Of a DNA stretch of 64,000 nucleotides, positions 9,756 through 20,582 are shown piece by piece. The position numbers and the translations under genes were made by a program. This DNA comes from an uncultured Clostridia bacterium (GTDB taxonomy: Bacteria; Bacillota; Clostridia; TANB77; CAG-508). The notes beneath the pieces were generated by a model. It did not search any database. It was not told the DNA's origin and worked only from the letters and a program-made list of their open reading frames with translations. The stretch covers positions 13,422 to 77,421 of the forward strand of contig CAUWGC010000009.1 of the NCBI GenBank assembly GCA_963558405.1, in the 5' to 3' direction. Each line of letters opens with the position of its first letter. Within the stretch, counting starts at the first letter, position 1.

Positions 9756-11195
9756 ATGGCAAGAGAAGATTATGAAGCTGTAATAGGATTGGAAGTTCAT
9801 GCAGAATTATCAACAAAAACAAAAATATTTTGTAGTTGTAAAACAGAATTTGGAGGAGAGCCTAATACACATTGCTGTCCTGTTTGTATGGCACTTCCAG
9901 GAACTTTACCGGTGCTTAACGAAAAAGTAGTAGAGTATGCAGTAAAAGCTGGACTTGCAACAGGATGTACTATTTCAAAAGAAAGTAAAAATGATCGTAA
10001 AAATTATTTTTACCCAGACCTTCCTAAGTCATATCAAATTTCACAATTTGATAAACCTCTATGTTTAGCAGGAAAAGTGGAAATAGAGACAAAAGAAGGT
10101 ACAAAAGAAATAGGAATTACTAGAATCCATATAGAAGAAGACGCTGGAAAATTAAACCATGATGAATTAGGAAGAGGAAGTTTAGTTGATTTAAATAGAG
10201 CTGGTGTACCATTAATTGAAATTGTATCAGAACCAGATATGAGAAGTAGTGAAGATGCTGAAAATTATTTAAGAAAAATAAAATCAATATTAGAATATAT
10301 AGAAGTATCAGATTGTAAAATGCAAGAGGGTTCTTTACGTGCTGATGTCAATGTATCTGTTCGTAAAAAAGGTGAAAAAAAATATGGTACTAGAACAGAA
10401 ATGAAAAATATGAACTCTTTTAGAAGCATAGTAAGAGGTATAGAATATGAAATAGAAAGACAAATAGGAGTATTAGAATCAGGAGGAAAAGTAGAACAAG
10501 AGACATTAAGATGGGATGATGTATCAGGTAGAACTTTTTCTATGAGAAATAAGGAAGATGCACAAGATTATCGTTATTTCCCAGAACCAGATTTAGTTGC
10601 AATATGTCTTACAGATGAATACATTGAAAATGTAAGAAAAACTTTACCAGAAATGCCAGAAATAAGAGAAAAAAGATATATAGAAGAATTAGGATTAACT
10701 GAAAAAGATGCAAAAGCGATAGTTGCTTCAAAATATTTATCAAATTTATTTGAGGAATCTAGTAAAATTTGCAATAATCCAAAAGCAGTAGCAAATTGGA
10801 TTCGTTCTGATATTTCAAGAATATTAAATGAAAAGGAATTAGAACCAAATAAAATACCATTTACACCAGAAGAATTAGCTGAACTTATAAGCTTAATTGA
10901 TAAAAATACAATTAGTTCTGCAATAGCTAAAAAGGTAATAGAAGAGATGTTTGAAAATCCAGAAAAACCATCTGTTATTATAGAAAAAAATGGCTGGGTA
11001 CAAATTTCAGATGAAAATACTATTTTAGAAGTTGTTAAAAAGATATTAGAAAATAATCCTCAATCGATTATAGATTATAAAGCAGGAAAAGATAGAGCAT
11101 TAGGATTTTTAGTAGGACAGGCAATGAAAGAAACAAAAGGAAAAGCAAATCCTAAAATGTTAAATGAAATGTTTTTAGAAGAATTGAAGAAATAA
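9756..11195 (+). CDS. gatB: Asp/Glu-tRNA amidotransferase subunit B
   Basis: IGLEVHAEL, RKNYFYPDLPK, DYRYFPEPDL, C-terminal Yqey domain. Confidence 0.97.
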   Translation: MAREDYEAVIGLEVHAELSTKTKIFCSCKTEFGGEPNTHCCPVCMALPGTLPVLNEKVVEYAVKAGLATGCTISKESKNDRKNYFYPDLPKSYQISQFDKPLCLAGKVEIETKEGTKEIGITRIHIEEDAGKLNHDELGRGSLVDLNRAGVPLIEIVSEPDMRSSEDAENYLRKIKSILEYIEVSDCKMQEGSLRADVNVSVRKKGEKKYGTRTEMKNMNSFRSIVRGIEYEIERQIGVLESGGKVEQETLRWDDVSGRTFSMRNKEDAQDYRYFPEPDLVAICLTDEYIENVRKTLPEMPEIREKRYIEELGLTEKDAKAIVASKYLSNLFEESSKICNNPKAVANWIRSDISRILNEKELEPNKIPFTPEELAELISLIDKNTISSAIAKKVIEEMFENPEKPSVIIEKNGWVQISDENTILEVVKKILENNPQSIIDYKAGKDRALGFLVGQAMKETKGKANPKMLNEMFLEELKK

Positions 11196-11202
11196 AATTA
11201 AT

Positions 11203-11258
11203 ATATAAAATAAAGAAACGTAAAAATATAAATATTTTACGTTTCTTTATTTTTATAT
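11203..11258. terminator. Long bidirectional terminator between convergent genes
   Basis: Near-perfect ~25 bp inverted repeat AAAATAAAGAAACGTAAAA / TTTTACGTTTCTTTATTTT. Confidence 0.8.
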
Positions 11259-11275
11259 GAATATAAATTAAATGT

Positions 11276-11539
11276 TTATGTAGTTTGCTTTTTTATAGTG
11301 TCAAAAGCAAAACCACATATAATAAAGTATGCAAAAAACATAAGGCTTGATTTAAATAAAGAAATTCCTATGTAATATAAATTAGGTGCTGTGTAAAAAA
11401 AATCATATGTTGCTAAAATTATAGTAGCTAAAATACATAATTGGAAAGAAAAAATGAAACCAGATTTCATTAATTTTTTTATAGGATTTTCTAATTTAAT
11501 AATTTTTTCTTTAATTGTGTTTATCATTTGTAATAACAT
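11276..11539 (-). CDS. Small two-TM membrane protein, unknown function
   Basis: RBS GAGGT upstream, two hydrophobic helices. Confidence 0.65.
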   Translation of the reverse strand: MLLQMINTIKEKIIKLENPIKKLMKSGFIFSFQLCILATIILATYDFFYTAPNLYYIGISLFKSSLMFFAYFIICGFAFDTIKKQTT

Positions 11540-11686
11540 AAATATTACCTCACTTTATAAATATAAAATAGTATCTATTACAATATTAACATAAAGTAGT
11601 ATAAAAAACAAAGGCAATATATACCAAAAAAAGAAGTCATTATAAATGACTTCTAATAAAAAACTATGCATAATTTTTTATTTATC

Positions 11687-11953
11687 TTACGCTTTTACAG
11701 CATTTAATTTTTTTGCTAATTTAGATTTTTTTCTTGCAACAGTATTTTTAACTAAAACACCTTTAGAGCAAGCTTGATCTAATTTTTTAGTAGCATCTGC
11801 AAATAATTTTTCTGCATTTTCTACATTACCTTCAGCAATAGCTTGTTCACATTTTTTAACAGCTGTTTTGCATCCAGATTTAATCATATTATTTCTTAAA
11901 GTTTTTTTCTCAATAATTTTAACTCTCTTTTTTGCTGATTTAATATTTGGCAT
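11687..11953 (-). CDS. rpsT: 30S ribosomal protein S20
   Basis: MPNIKSAKKRV...KNTVARKKSKL; start moved to the ATG after AGGAGGTG. Confidence 0.96.
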   Translation of the reverse strand: MPNIKSAKKRVKIIEKKTLRNNMIKSGCKTAVKKCEQAIAEGNVENAEKLFADATKKLDQACSKGVLVKNTVARKKSKLAKKLNAVKA

Positions 11954-12109
11954 ACTCTTAAGCACCTCCTCTTTTTGCTATCTTATCATAACATGTATTA
12001 TTTTACCATGAAAAATAATATTTGGCAAGTATTTTAGCATAATTTATAACATTTGACAAGTTTCGACTTTTAATGTAATATTATGTTATCTTTTAAAGGA
12101 GGTTTATTT

Positions 12110-12631
12110 ATGCTTAAGGAATTTAAAGAGTTTATTTCACGTGGTAATATTATGGATATGGCTGTTGGTGTTATTATAGGTGGTGCTTTTCAAAAAATAG
12201 TTAATTCACTTGTAAATGATATTATTATGCCATTTACTTCAATTTTTACAGGAAAGATTGATTATACAGATTGGGTTATAAACATAGGAAATACAGTAAT
12301 AAAAATAGGTTCTTTTGTTACTACAATTATTAACTTTTTAATTATTGCACTTTCTATATTTTTAGCAATACATTATGCAAATAAGTTAAATAAAAAATTA
12401 GAAAAAATGAAATTAGAGGAAATAGAAAAAATAGCTAAGAAAATTGACAAAGAAGGTAAATTTTATAAAAAGAAAAAGAAAAAAGTTGAAGAACCAACAA
12501 CAAAAATATGTCCTTTTTGTTGCTCAGAAATTTCAATTAAAGCAATTAGATGTCCACATTGTACATCAGAATTAGAACATAAAGAAGAGAATGAATATTC
12601 CTTAGATAATAATGAAGAAGAAATGATATAA
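12110..12631 (+). CDS. mscL: Large-conductance mechanosensitive channel with C-terminal zinc ribbon
   Basis: MLKEFKEFISRGNIMDMAVGVIIGGAF; tail CPFC...CPHC; RBS AAGGAGG. Confidence 0.93.
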   Translation: MLKEFKEFISRGNIMDMAVGVIIGGAFQKIVNSLVNDIIMPFTSIFTGKIDYTDWVINIGNTVIKIGSFVTTIINFLIIALSIFLAIHYANKLNKKLEKMKLEEIEKIAKKIDKEGKFYKKKKKKVEEPTTKICPFCCSEISIKAIRCPHCTSELEHKEENEYSLDNNEEEMI

Positions 12632-12743
12632 ATTTACATAATTGTTGAAAAAAACATAAATTTATGTTAAAATGATTATAGTTTAAGGTTCTTACATTGA
12701 TATGCTTTAATTTTTTATAATAAGAAAGGGTGACAATAAAAAA

Positions 12744-13139
12744 ATGCCGTCTACAAAAAAAGTAACTAAATTTATAGAAGATTATGTTATGACTTTAGAA
12801 GGAGACTTTTCCAAACGGCAAATAAACGAAAAATTTCCTGGACACAATTCGTGTGTTAGAGATGCCTTAATATTGCTTTGTGAAAAAAATCTAATAGCTC
12901 ATATTGGATATGGTATGTATTCGAGAAAGTTGAACACAGAAGACAGTGCTTATCGTAGCAAAACAAGAATGGTAATTGATTACATAAATACTAAAGATAT
13001 TTTTTCAATAAAGGATGTGTATAATTTTTTCAATGAAACAATTTTAAGATCGCAAATTTGTAATACAGTTAAGTTATTACTAGATGAGGGCAAAATAAAA
13101 AAAATAGCATGGGGAAAATATAAAAAAATTAAAGCATAG
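12744..13139 (+). CDS. Hypothetical protein with two winged-helix-like repeats
   Basis: LCEKNLIAHIGYGMY and LLDEGKIKKIAWGKY; own promoter, RBS and terminator. Confidence 0.65.
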   Translation: MPSTKKVTKFIEDYVMTLEGDFSKRQINEKFPGHNSCVRDALILLCEKNLIAHIGYGMYSRKLNTEDSAYRSKTRMVIDYINTKDIFSIKDVYNFFNETILRSQICNTVKLLLDEGKIKKIAWGKYKKIKA

Positions 13140-13140
13140 A

Positions 13141-13178
13141 AAAAAACATTGCTAGTATATTTACTAGCAATGTTTTTT
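13141..13178 (+). terminator. Terminator after the wHTH gene
   Basis: Perfect inverted repeat AAAAAACATTGCTAGTA / TACTAGCAATGTTTTTT. Confidence 0.8.
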
Positions 13179-13378
13179 GGTAAATATTTATTATAGAAAA
13201 TTAAAATTTTTGATGTTACATACATAATAAATTGATAATTATTAAATAAAATATGAATAATTAATGATAAATTAGTAAATTTTTCTAAAAACATTTGAAA
13301 AAAATAGAGAAACAATATATAATATAGATACATTAAAAGATATTACAAAAGAACATAACTTTGGAAGGAGAGATTAAT

Positions 13379-13912
13379 ATGAACATTAAAATTACAGGAA
13401 AGGAATTAAAAGCAACAGAAGCTATAAAAGAATACATTGAGAAAAAATCTGAAAGATTAGTTAAATATTTTGGAGAAGACTTAGATGTAGTAGCTACAAT
13501 TAAAACAGAGGGAAAGGAACAAGTATCAGAAATGAGTGTTCTTGCAGGAGGAGATTCTTACCGTGCAGTTACAGCTCATAAAGATTTATATGCTGCTATT
13601 GATAAAAACATTGATATAATAGAAGGTCAAATAAGAAAAGTTAAAACTAAAAAAGATAAACAAAATATGACAGAGTCTATTCGTCTAAAAGAAGAATTAA
13701 TTAGAGGAGACGAACACGAAGTTGTAAATGAAATCTTAAAAACAATATATTTTGATATTAAACCAATGACACCAGAAGATGCAAAATTAGAACTTATGGG
13801 AAAACCACAAGATAAATTTTTAGTATTTATTAATGCAGAAAATGGAAAAACAAATGTTATTTATCGTTTAAAAGATAATAAAAATTATGGTTTAGTAGAG
13901 CCAGAAGCTTAA
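13379..13912 (+). CDS. hpf: Ribosome hibernation promoting factor, long form
   Basis: MNIKITGK...DLYAAID, C-terminal IKPMTPEDA...NVIYRLKD..YGLVEP. Confidence 0.92.
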   Translation: MNIKITGKELKATEAIKEYIEKKSERLVKYFGEDLDVVATIKTEGKEQVSEMSVLAGGDSYRAVTAHKDLYAAIDKNIDIIEGQIRKVKTKKDKQNMTESIRLKEELIRGDEHEVVNEILKTIYFDIKPMTPEDAKLELMGKPQDKFLVFINAENGKTNVIYRLKDNKNYGLVEPEA

Positions 13913-13983
13913 AATAAAACAAAGAGGGATTCTTAAAAATACTAATACTTTTAAGAATCTCTCTTTATATATTTTAAATATAA

Positions 13984-14184
13984 CTATTTACCAGCCATTT
14001 GTCTTTCAGCTTGTTCAATTAATTTTCTAGTCATATTTCCACCTATTCTACCAGCATCTCTTGATGAAAGATTTCCGTTATATCCTTGTGATAAGTTAAC
14101 ACCAACTTCGCTAGCAACTTCATATTTAAATTTATTAAGAGCTTCTCTAGCTTCTGGAACAGCTTTTTTATTTGAACTTGTCAT
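13984..14184 (-). CDS. Alpha/beta-type small acid-soluble spore protein
   Basis: KFKYEVASEVGV...GNLSSRDAGRIGGNMTRKLI. Confidence 0.95.
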   Translation of the reverse strand: MTSSNKKAVPEAREALNKFKYEVASEVGVNLSQGYNGNLSSRDAGRIGGNMTRKLIEQAERQMAGK

Positions 14185-14355
14185 TTAATTTCACCTCCTA
14201 AGATAGTTTGAAAATATTTTTTAGAAAAGATTAATCACTTTTCAATATATATGATATGTAGAAATCTTTTTTTTAAACTGGTAATTTAATGAAATAAAAT
14301 TTTAAATAAAAATGAAAAAGAAGAATTTTCTTTTTGAAAATTCTTCTTTTAAAAC

Positions 14356-14556
14356 TTATTTATTAGCCATTTGTTTTTCAGCTTGTTCAATAAGTTTTTT
14401 TGTCATATTTCCACCTATTCTACCAGCATCTCTTGAAGAAATGTTTCCATTATATCCTTCTTTTAAATTAACTCCAACTTCATTTGCAACTTCATATTTA
14501 AATTTATTTAAAGCGTCTTTAGCTTCTGGAATAGCTTTTTTATTATAATTTGCCAT
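14356..14556 (-). CDS. Alpha/beta-type small acid-soluble spore protein (tandem paralog)
   Basis: KFKYEVANEVGV...GNISSRDAGRIGGNMTKKLI. Confidence 0.95.
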   Translation of the reverse strand: MANYNKKAIPEAKDALNKFKYEVANEVGVNLKEGYNGNISSRDAGRIGGNMTKKLIEQAEKQMANK

Positions 14557-14734
14557 TTAAATTCACCTCCTGGAATGTTTTATTCTACATAAAAGTATAA
14601 TTTCTTTTATATTGTATATAATGTGCAAATTTAGAAAAAATAATCTGGAAAAATTATGAAAAAATAAAATTATTCTTGTAAAATTTTTTTTACATGATAT
14701 AATTTTAAGACTTAAGAAAGGAAAGGAGAAATAA

Positions 14735-15607
14735 ATGTACAAATTAATAGCAATTGATTTAGACGGAACTTTATTAAATTCATATGGAAATGTATCTAAT
14801 ATTGATAAAGAACAAATAAAAAAAGCTGTAGAAAAGGGAGTAGAAGTTGTATTAACTTCTGGAAGAGTTACAAATTCTGTAGAAAATATAGCAAGAGAAG
14901 TAGGAGCAGATAAGTATTTAATATCAGGAAATGGTTCTACAATTTTTGATTTTAAAGAAAATAAACCTATTTATGATAGATTTATAGAGAGAAACAAGGT
15001 TTTACAAATTATTAAACTTTGTGAAGAAAATAGTATATATTATAATATATATACAGATGATATGATTATAGCTCAATCTTTAAATTATAATGTTCTTTTT
15101 TATCATAGTGAAAATAGCAGAAAACCAGAAGGGAAAAAAACAAATATAAATATTGTAAAAAATATTTATGAATATGTAAAAGAAAAAGAAGATTTAAAAA
15201 TATCTAAAATTACTGTTTGTGATGAAAGTAATATTATTTTTCCAAGAATATTAGAAAAAATAAAAAAAATAAAAAACATAGATGTTTTAGAAGTAGCTCA
15301 TATGTCTAGAAAAATAATAAAATCAGGAACAGAAGAATATAATATAAAATATTATTATTCAGAAATTTCAAGTCAAAATGTAAATAAATGGTCAGCTATT
15401 CAATTTTTGATTAATAAATTGGGAATAAAAGAAGAAAATGTAATAGCTATTGGTGATAATATGAATGATATTTCTATGATAAAAAATGCTGGACTAGGAG
15501 TTGCAATGGAAAATAGCGCGCCAGTAGTAAAAGAAATAGCTGATATAGTTACAAAAAATAATAATGAAAATGGTGTAGGCGAAGTAATAAAAAATTATAT
15601 ACTTTAA
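14735..15607 (+). CDS. Cof-type HAD-IIB hydrolase
   Basis: IAIDLDGTLL, LTSGR, AIGDNMNDISMI. Confidence 0.93.
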   Translation: MYKLIAIDLDGTLLNSYGNVSNIDKEQIKKAVEKGVEVVLTSGRVTNSVENIAREVGADKYLISGNGSTIFDFKENKPIYDRFIERNKVLQIIKLCEENSIYYNIYTDDMIIAQSLNYNVLFYHSENSRKPEGKKTNINIVKNIYEYVKEKEDLKISKITVCDESNIIFPRILEKIKKIKNIDVLEVAHMSRKIIKSGTEEYNIKYYYSEISSQNVNKWSAIQFLINKLGIKEENVIAIGDNMNDISMIKNAGLGVAMENSAPVVKEIADIVTKNNNENGVGEVIKNYIL

Positions 15608-15676
15608 AAAATAAAAGTATAATTATAAAAAAATAGTACATAACAATATTAAATAAAAATATTGAGGTGTATTAAA

Positions 15677-15874
15677 TTGAAAAAAGAAGATAATAAATTA
15701 AATAAAAATACAGAAAAAGAAGATAATAAATTTTCAGAAGAAATGGGAGAAGACATAACACAATATGGAGAATTTATATCTTCTTATTTTGCTTGGATAT
15801 CACTTTCTAAACAAAAAGAAAGAGTAGAACATATTGAAAAAATGACTAAAAATAAGAAAAATAAAGATAAATAG
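15677..15874 (+). CDS. Hypothetical protein (65 aa)
   Basis: RBS GAGGTG before TTG at 15677; no recognisable motif. Confidence 0.5.
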   Translation: MKKEDNKLNKNTEKEDNKFSEEMGEDITQYGEFISSYFAWISLSKQKERVEHIEKMTKNKKNKDK

Positions 15875-15973
15875 ATATATATAATAAAAATCTCCATTGT
15901 ATATAAAAAAATAATAAAATATTAGATAAAATTAAAATTGAAAATGAAAATAAAAGTAGTATACTTATATATA

Positions 15974-15996
15974 GGTCAAAGAAAGTCAAAGTCAAA
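15974..15996 (+). promoter_or_regulatory. CtsR operator (heptad direct repeats)
   Basis: GGTCAAA-GAA-AGTCAAA plus a third overlapping AGTCAAA, just downstream of TTGAAA/TATACT promoter and upstream of ctsR. Confidence 0.9.
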
Positions 15997-16011
15997 TAAA
16001 GGAGAAGTTAA

Positions 16012-16458
16012 ATGAGAATTAGTGATGTGATAGAAGAATTTATTAAAGATATGTTAAAAGATAATGATGAATTTATTGAGATTCAACGAAATGAACTTGC
16101 GGAGCATTTTAAATGTGTGCCATCACAAATTAACTACGTAATATCTACTAGATTTAATCCTTCACAAGGATATTATGTAGAAAGTAAGCGTGGTGGAGGC
16201 GGTCACATAAGGATTAGAAAGGTAAATATAACAAAGGGAAATTACTTAATGCACATTATTAATAGTATAGGAGATACTTTGACTGCAAATGAAGCAGATA
16301 TTTTTATTAGCAATTTATTGTCATATCAAATGATAAATGAGTTAGAAGCAAAATTATTAAAAGTTGCAACAAGTGATAAAGTACTTACAGTTTCACAAGA
16401 TATAAAAGATTCATTAAGAGCTAATATTTTTAAAAATATGTTAGTAAATTTAGTATAA
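16012..16458 (+). CDS. ctsR: Class III heat-shock repressor CtsR
   Basis: RNELAEHFKCVPSQINYVISTRF, ESKRGGGGHIRI. Confidence 0.96.
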   Translation: MRISDVIEEFIKDMLKDNDEFIEIQRNELAEHFKCVPSQINYVISTRFNPSQGYYVESKRGGGGHIRIRKVNITKGNYLMHIINSIGDTLTANEADIFISNLLSYQMINELEAKLLKVATSDKVLTVSQDIKDSLRANIFKNMLVNLV

Positions 16459-16472
16459 AGGAGGAATTTAAT

Positions 16473-17018
16473 ATGTTATGTCAAAACTGTCATGAAAGAG
16501 AAGCAAATGTACATTATACACAAACAATAAATGGAGTAAAAAAAGAAATGATACTTTGTCAAGAATGTGCAAAAAAAATGGGGATAGGTAATTTTTCATT
16601 TTCTATGCCAATGAGTGTATCTAGCATATTTGGAGATTTTTTAGATGATTATCAAGAAAATTCTTTATTATCAGATATAATAAGACCATCTGAATTACAT
16701 TGTAATCAATGTGGTATGACATATAAAGAATTTATAGATAATGGAAAATTTGGATGTGAACATTGTTATGATGTTTTTTCTGATCAGATAGATCAAATTT
16801 TAAAAAATATACAAGGTTCTAATAGACATATAGGAAGAAGACCATATTTAACAGAAAAAAATGATATGAAAAAAAATATAATTAAAGAAAATGAAAAAGT
16901 TGAAAAAGAAAAATCAAAAATAGAAAAATTGCAAGAAGAGCTAAAAAAAGCTGTTATAGAAGAAAGATACGAAGAAGCGGCAAAAATAAGAGATGAAATT
17001 AAAAAGTTAGAAAAATAG
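16473..17018 (+). CDS. mcsA: McsA (CxxC motifs, UVR domain)
   Basis: Four CxxC motifs, EERYEEAAKIRDEIK. Confidence 0.94.
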   Translation: MLCQNCHEREANVHYTQTINGVKKEMILCQECAKKMGIGNFSFSMPMSVSSIFGDFLDDYQENSLLSDIIRPSELHCNQCGMTYKEFIDNGKFGCEHCYDVFSDQIDQILKNIQGSNRHIGRRPYLTEKNDMKKNIIKENEKVEKEKSKIEKLQEELKKAVIEERYEEAAKIRDEIKKLEK

Positions 17019-17028
17019 GAGGTAAAAA

Positions 17029-18045
17029 ATGAATTGGTATTTACAAAGTGGTAAAGAATCTGATGTAGTACAAAGTACTAGAATAAGATTAGCAAGAAAT
17101 TTAAAAGAGTATCCATTTAAGCCTAAATGTAGTAAACAAGATTTATATAAAATATTAGAAATAATGGAAAAAATAACTCCTAGTATAGGTTATGGATTAA
17201 AATTTATTAAATTAGCTAATATAGATGATATTACAAAATTGAGCTTAGTAGAAAAACATATAATAAGTCCAGAATTTGCATTATCAAAAGAATCAGATAC
17301 AAAAGCTATAATTATGAATGATGAAGAAAATATTTGTATTATGATAAATGAAGAAGATCATATAAGAATACAAATTTTTAGTAGTGGTTTAGAATTAGAA
17401 AATTGTTTAAATTTAGCTATTGAAATAGACGAAAAAATAGGAAAATTAGTTTCATATGCTGTTAGTGATAAATATGGTTATTTAACAGAATGTCCAACTA
17501 ATGTAGGAACAGGACTTAGAGCTTCTGTTATGGTACATTTACCAGCTCTTACTATAACAAGAAATATAAATAAAACATTAGAAATAATAAATGGAGTTGG
17601 AATGAATATAAGAGGAGTTTATGGAGAAGGTAGTGAAACACAAGGAAATATGTATCAAATTTCTAATAAACAGTCCTTAGGTATTACAGAAAAAGAAATG
17701 ATAAAAAATATAAGAGTAATTACAGATAAAATAATAGAACAAGAAAGATTAGCTAGAAAATATTTAGGAAAAAATAGTATAGAATTAGAGGATAAAGTTT
17801 ATCGTTCTTATGGAATTTTAACAAATGCAAGAGTATTAAATTCAGAAGAAACAAGGATGTTACTTTCTGATGTAAAATTAGGAACTGATTTAGGAATTAT
17901 TAAAGAATTAGATGATTTTAAAGTAAATAAATTATTTTTATATACAAAACCAGCTAATTTACAAAAGGTTTTAGGTGAGCAATTAGATTCAGAACAAAGG
18001 GATATAAAACGTAGAGAAATTATTAAACAAATAATAAAAGAATAA
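17029..18045 (+). CDS. mcsB: Protein arginine kinase McsB
   Basis: STRIRLARN, INEEDHIR, GYLTECPTNVGTGLRASVMVHLP. Confidence 0.95.
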   Translation: MNWYLQSGKESDVVQSTRIRLARNLKEYPFKPKCSKQDLYKILEIMEKITPSIGYGLKFIKLANIDDITKLSLVEKHIISPEFALSKESDTKAIIMNDEENICIMINEEDHIRIQIFSSGLELENCLNLAIEIDEKIGKLVSYAVSDKYGYLTECPTNVGTGLRASVMVHLPALTITRNINKTLEIINGVGMNIRGVYGEGSETQGNMYQISNKQSLGITEKEMIKNIRVITDKIIEQERLARKYLGKNSIELEDKVYRSYGILTNARVLNSEETRMLLSDVKLGTDLGIIKELDDFKVNKLFLYTKPANLQKVLGEQLDSEQRDIKRREIIKQIIKE

Positions 18046-18054
18046 AGGAGGAAG

Positions 18055-20505
18055 ATGCTTATGATGTATAAATTTACAAGTAGAGCAGAAAAAGTTCTAG
18101 AAATAGCAAATGATATTGCTTTAGAATTAGGTCATACTTATATAGGTAGTGAACATATTCTTTATGGTTTATCAGCAGAAGGAACTGGAGTAGCAGGAAT
18201 TGTTTTAGAAAATCAAGGTGTAACTAAAGAAGCAGTTTTAAAAGAAATAGAAGAATTAATAGGTAAAGAAGAAAGAAAAGAAGATGAAGTAGGAACAATA
18301 GGGTTTACACCAAGAACAAAAAGAATTATAGAAAATGCTTTTTTAGAAGCAAGAAAATTGGGAATGGAATACATTGGAACAGAACATTTACTAGTAGGGA
18401 TTATGCGTGAGGGTGATAGTGTAGCTGTACGAATTATGATGGACTTACAGGTAAATCCACAAAAATTATACGGTGAATTAGTAAAAGTATTAAATGATGA
18501 AGAAATACCTAAAAGTAAACAATCTAGTTCAGTAAAAGGAGATGGAAGTTTTAATTCTACACCTACATTAAATCAATTTGGAAGTGATTTAACTAAACTT
18601 GCAAGAGAAGGAAAATTAGATCCTGTTATAGGAAGAAAATCAGAAACTGAAAGAGTAATACAAATACTATCTAGAAGAACCAAAAATAATCCTTGTTTAA
18701 TAGGTGAACCAGGTGTAGGAAAAACAGCTATTGCAGAAGGATTAGCAGAAAAAGTTGTAACAGGAGATGTACCGGAAATTTTAAAAAATAAAAGAGTGGT
18801 TAGTGTAGACATTTCTGGAATGGTAGCAGGGGCAAAATATAGAGGAGATTTTGAAGAAAGAATAAAAAAGGCATTAGCAGAAGTAAAAAAAGCAGGAGAT
18901 GTTATTTTATTTATAGATGAAATTCATACTATTGTTGGAGCAGGTTCTGCTGAAGGTGCTATAGATGCTGCTAATATATTAAAACCATTACTTGCAAGAG
19001 GAGAAATACAAGTAGTAGGAGCTACTACTTTGAATGAATATCGTAAGTATATCGAAAAGGATAGTGCTTTAGAAAGAAGATTTTGTCCTGTAACAGTATT
19101 AGAACCATCTCATGAAGATACTATAGCTATTTTAGAAGGATTAAGAGATAAATATGAGGCACATCATAATGTTAAAATAAGTGATGAAGCAATTAAATCA
19201 GCAGTTGAATTATCTACAAGATATATAAATGATAGATTTTTACCAGATAAAGCTATTGATTTAATAGATGAAGCGGCTTCACGTATTAGAATGAAAAATT
19301 TTAGTGAACCAGATAGTATAAAAAAATTAGAAGAAGAAATTGATAAAACAGTAAAAGAAAAAGAAGAAGGTGTTCGCACACAAGATTTTGAAAAAGCGGC
19401 AAAATTAAGAGATAAAGAACACGAGTTACGTAATAAATATGAAAAAGAAAAGCAAAAATGGGAAAATAAATCAAAAAAGAGTATAACTACGTTAACAGAA
19501 GAAGATATTGCAGAGGTAATTTCTTCACAAACAGGAATACCAGTAAAAAAATTAACGCAAGATGAAAATGAAAAGTTAAAAAATTTAGAAACTATTTTAC
19601 ACAAGAGAGTAGTTGGTCAAAAAGAAGCTGTAGAAGCAGTAGCAAAAGCTATTAGAAGAGGAAGAGTAGGATTAAAAGATCCTAATAGACCAATTGGATC
19701 ATTTTTATTTTTGGGTCCTACAGGAGTTGGAAAAACAGAATTATCTAAAGCTTTAGCAGAGGTTTTATTTGGTGATGAAAATTCAATGGTACGTGTAGAT
19801 ATGTCAGAGTATATGGAGTCACATTCTATTTCAAAATTAATAGGCTCACCTCCAGGATATGTAGGATTTGACGAAGGTGGACAGTTGACAGAAAAAATTA
19901 GAAGAAAACCTTATTCTGTAATTCTTTTTGACGAAATAGAAAAAGCACATCCAGATGTAATGAATATGTTATTACAAATTTTAGATGATGGTAGATTAAC
20001 TGACAGTCAAGGAAGAACAGTTAATTTTAAAAATACAGTAGTAATTATGACTTCTAATATAGGAGCTAGAATGATTACTGATAGAAAAACATTAGGATTT
20101 AGCAATAAAGAAGAAAAAGATAATAATAATGAATACGAAGAAATAAAAAAAGATGTTATGTCAGAACTAAAAAAAGAATTTAGACCAGAGTTTATTAATC
20201 GTATTGACGAAATTATTGTATTTCATAAATTAAATAAAGAAGAAATTAGGCAAATTATTGATATTATGTTAAAAGAAGTAGAAAACAGACTAAAAGTACA
20301 GAATATAAAAATAAAAATAGATTCTTCTGTAAAAGAATTAATTGAGAAAAAAGGCGTAGATGAAGCATTTGGAGCAAGACCACTAAAAAGAGCAATACAA
20401 AATATTGTAGAAGATAGTATCGCAGAAGGAATTTTAGAAGGCAAAATAAAATCTGGTAAAGAAAATACTTTAATTGCAGAAAATGAAAAAGTAGTAATTG
20501 AATAA
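18055..20505 (+). CDS. clpC: ATP-dependent Clp protease ATPase ClpC
   Basis: Clp-N repeats, [11 protein letters not shown] domain, GPTGVGKT; operon context. Confidence 0.97.
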   Translation: MLMMYKFTSRAEKVLEIANDIALELGHTYIGSEHILYGLSAEGTGVAGIVLENQGVTKEAVLKEIEELIGKEERKEDEVGTIGFTPRTKRIIENAFLEARKLGMEYIGTEHLLVGIMREGDSVAVRIMMDLQVNPQKLYGELVKVLNDEEIPKSKQSSSVKGDGSFNSTPTLNQFGSDLTKLAREGKLDPVIGRKSETERVIQILSRRTKNNPCLIGEPGVGKTAIAEGLAEKVVTGDVPEILKNKRVVSVDISGMVAGAKYRGDFEERIKKALAEVKKAGDVILFIDEIHTIVGAGSAEGAIDAANILKPLLARGEIQVVGATTLNEYRKYIEKDSALERRFCPVTVLEPSHEDTIAILEGLRDKYEAHHNVKISDEAIKSAVELSTRYINDRFLPDKAIDLIDEAASRIRMKNFSEPDSIKKLEEEIDKTVKEKEEGVRTQDFEKAAKLRDKEHELRNKYEKEKQKWENKSKKSITTLTEEDIAEVISSQTGIPVKKLTQDENEKLKNLETILHKRVVGQKEAVEAVAKAIRRGRVGLKDPNRPIGSFLFLGPTGVGKTELSKALAEVLFGDENSMVRVDMSEYMESHSISKLIGSPPGYVGFDEGGQLTEKIRRKPYSVILFDEIEKAHPDVMNMLLQILDDGRLTDSQGRTVNFKNTVVIMTSNIGARMITDRKTLGFSNKEEKDNNNEYEEIKKDVMSELKKEFRPEFINRIDEIIVFHKLNKEEIRQIIDIMLKEVENRLKVQNIKIKIDSSVKELIEKKGVDEAFGARPLKRAIQNIVEDSIAEGILEGKIKSGKENTLIAENEKVVIE

Positions 20506-20582
20506 AAGAAAGAGCAATCTGATATAATCTAGATTGCTCTTTTTAATGTATAAAAAAATATAAAATTTTAAGTCTATTATAA

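Noticed and set aside
12050-12070. Spo0A-box-like TTTGACA and TTCGACT upstream of mscL
   Set aside because: Each has a mismatch and TTGACA is also explained as a -35 element
12500-12570. Zinc ribbon on MscL
   Set aside because: Real, but a known and fairly common extension
13984-14570. Direct repeat of about 200 bp
   Set aside because: Explained by tandem SASP paralogs; not a mobile element or CRISPR array
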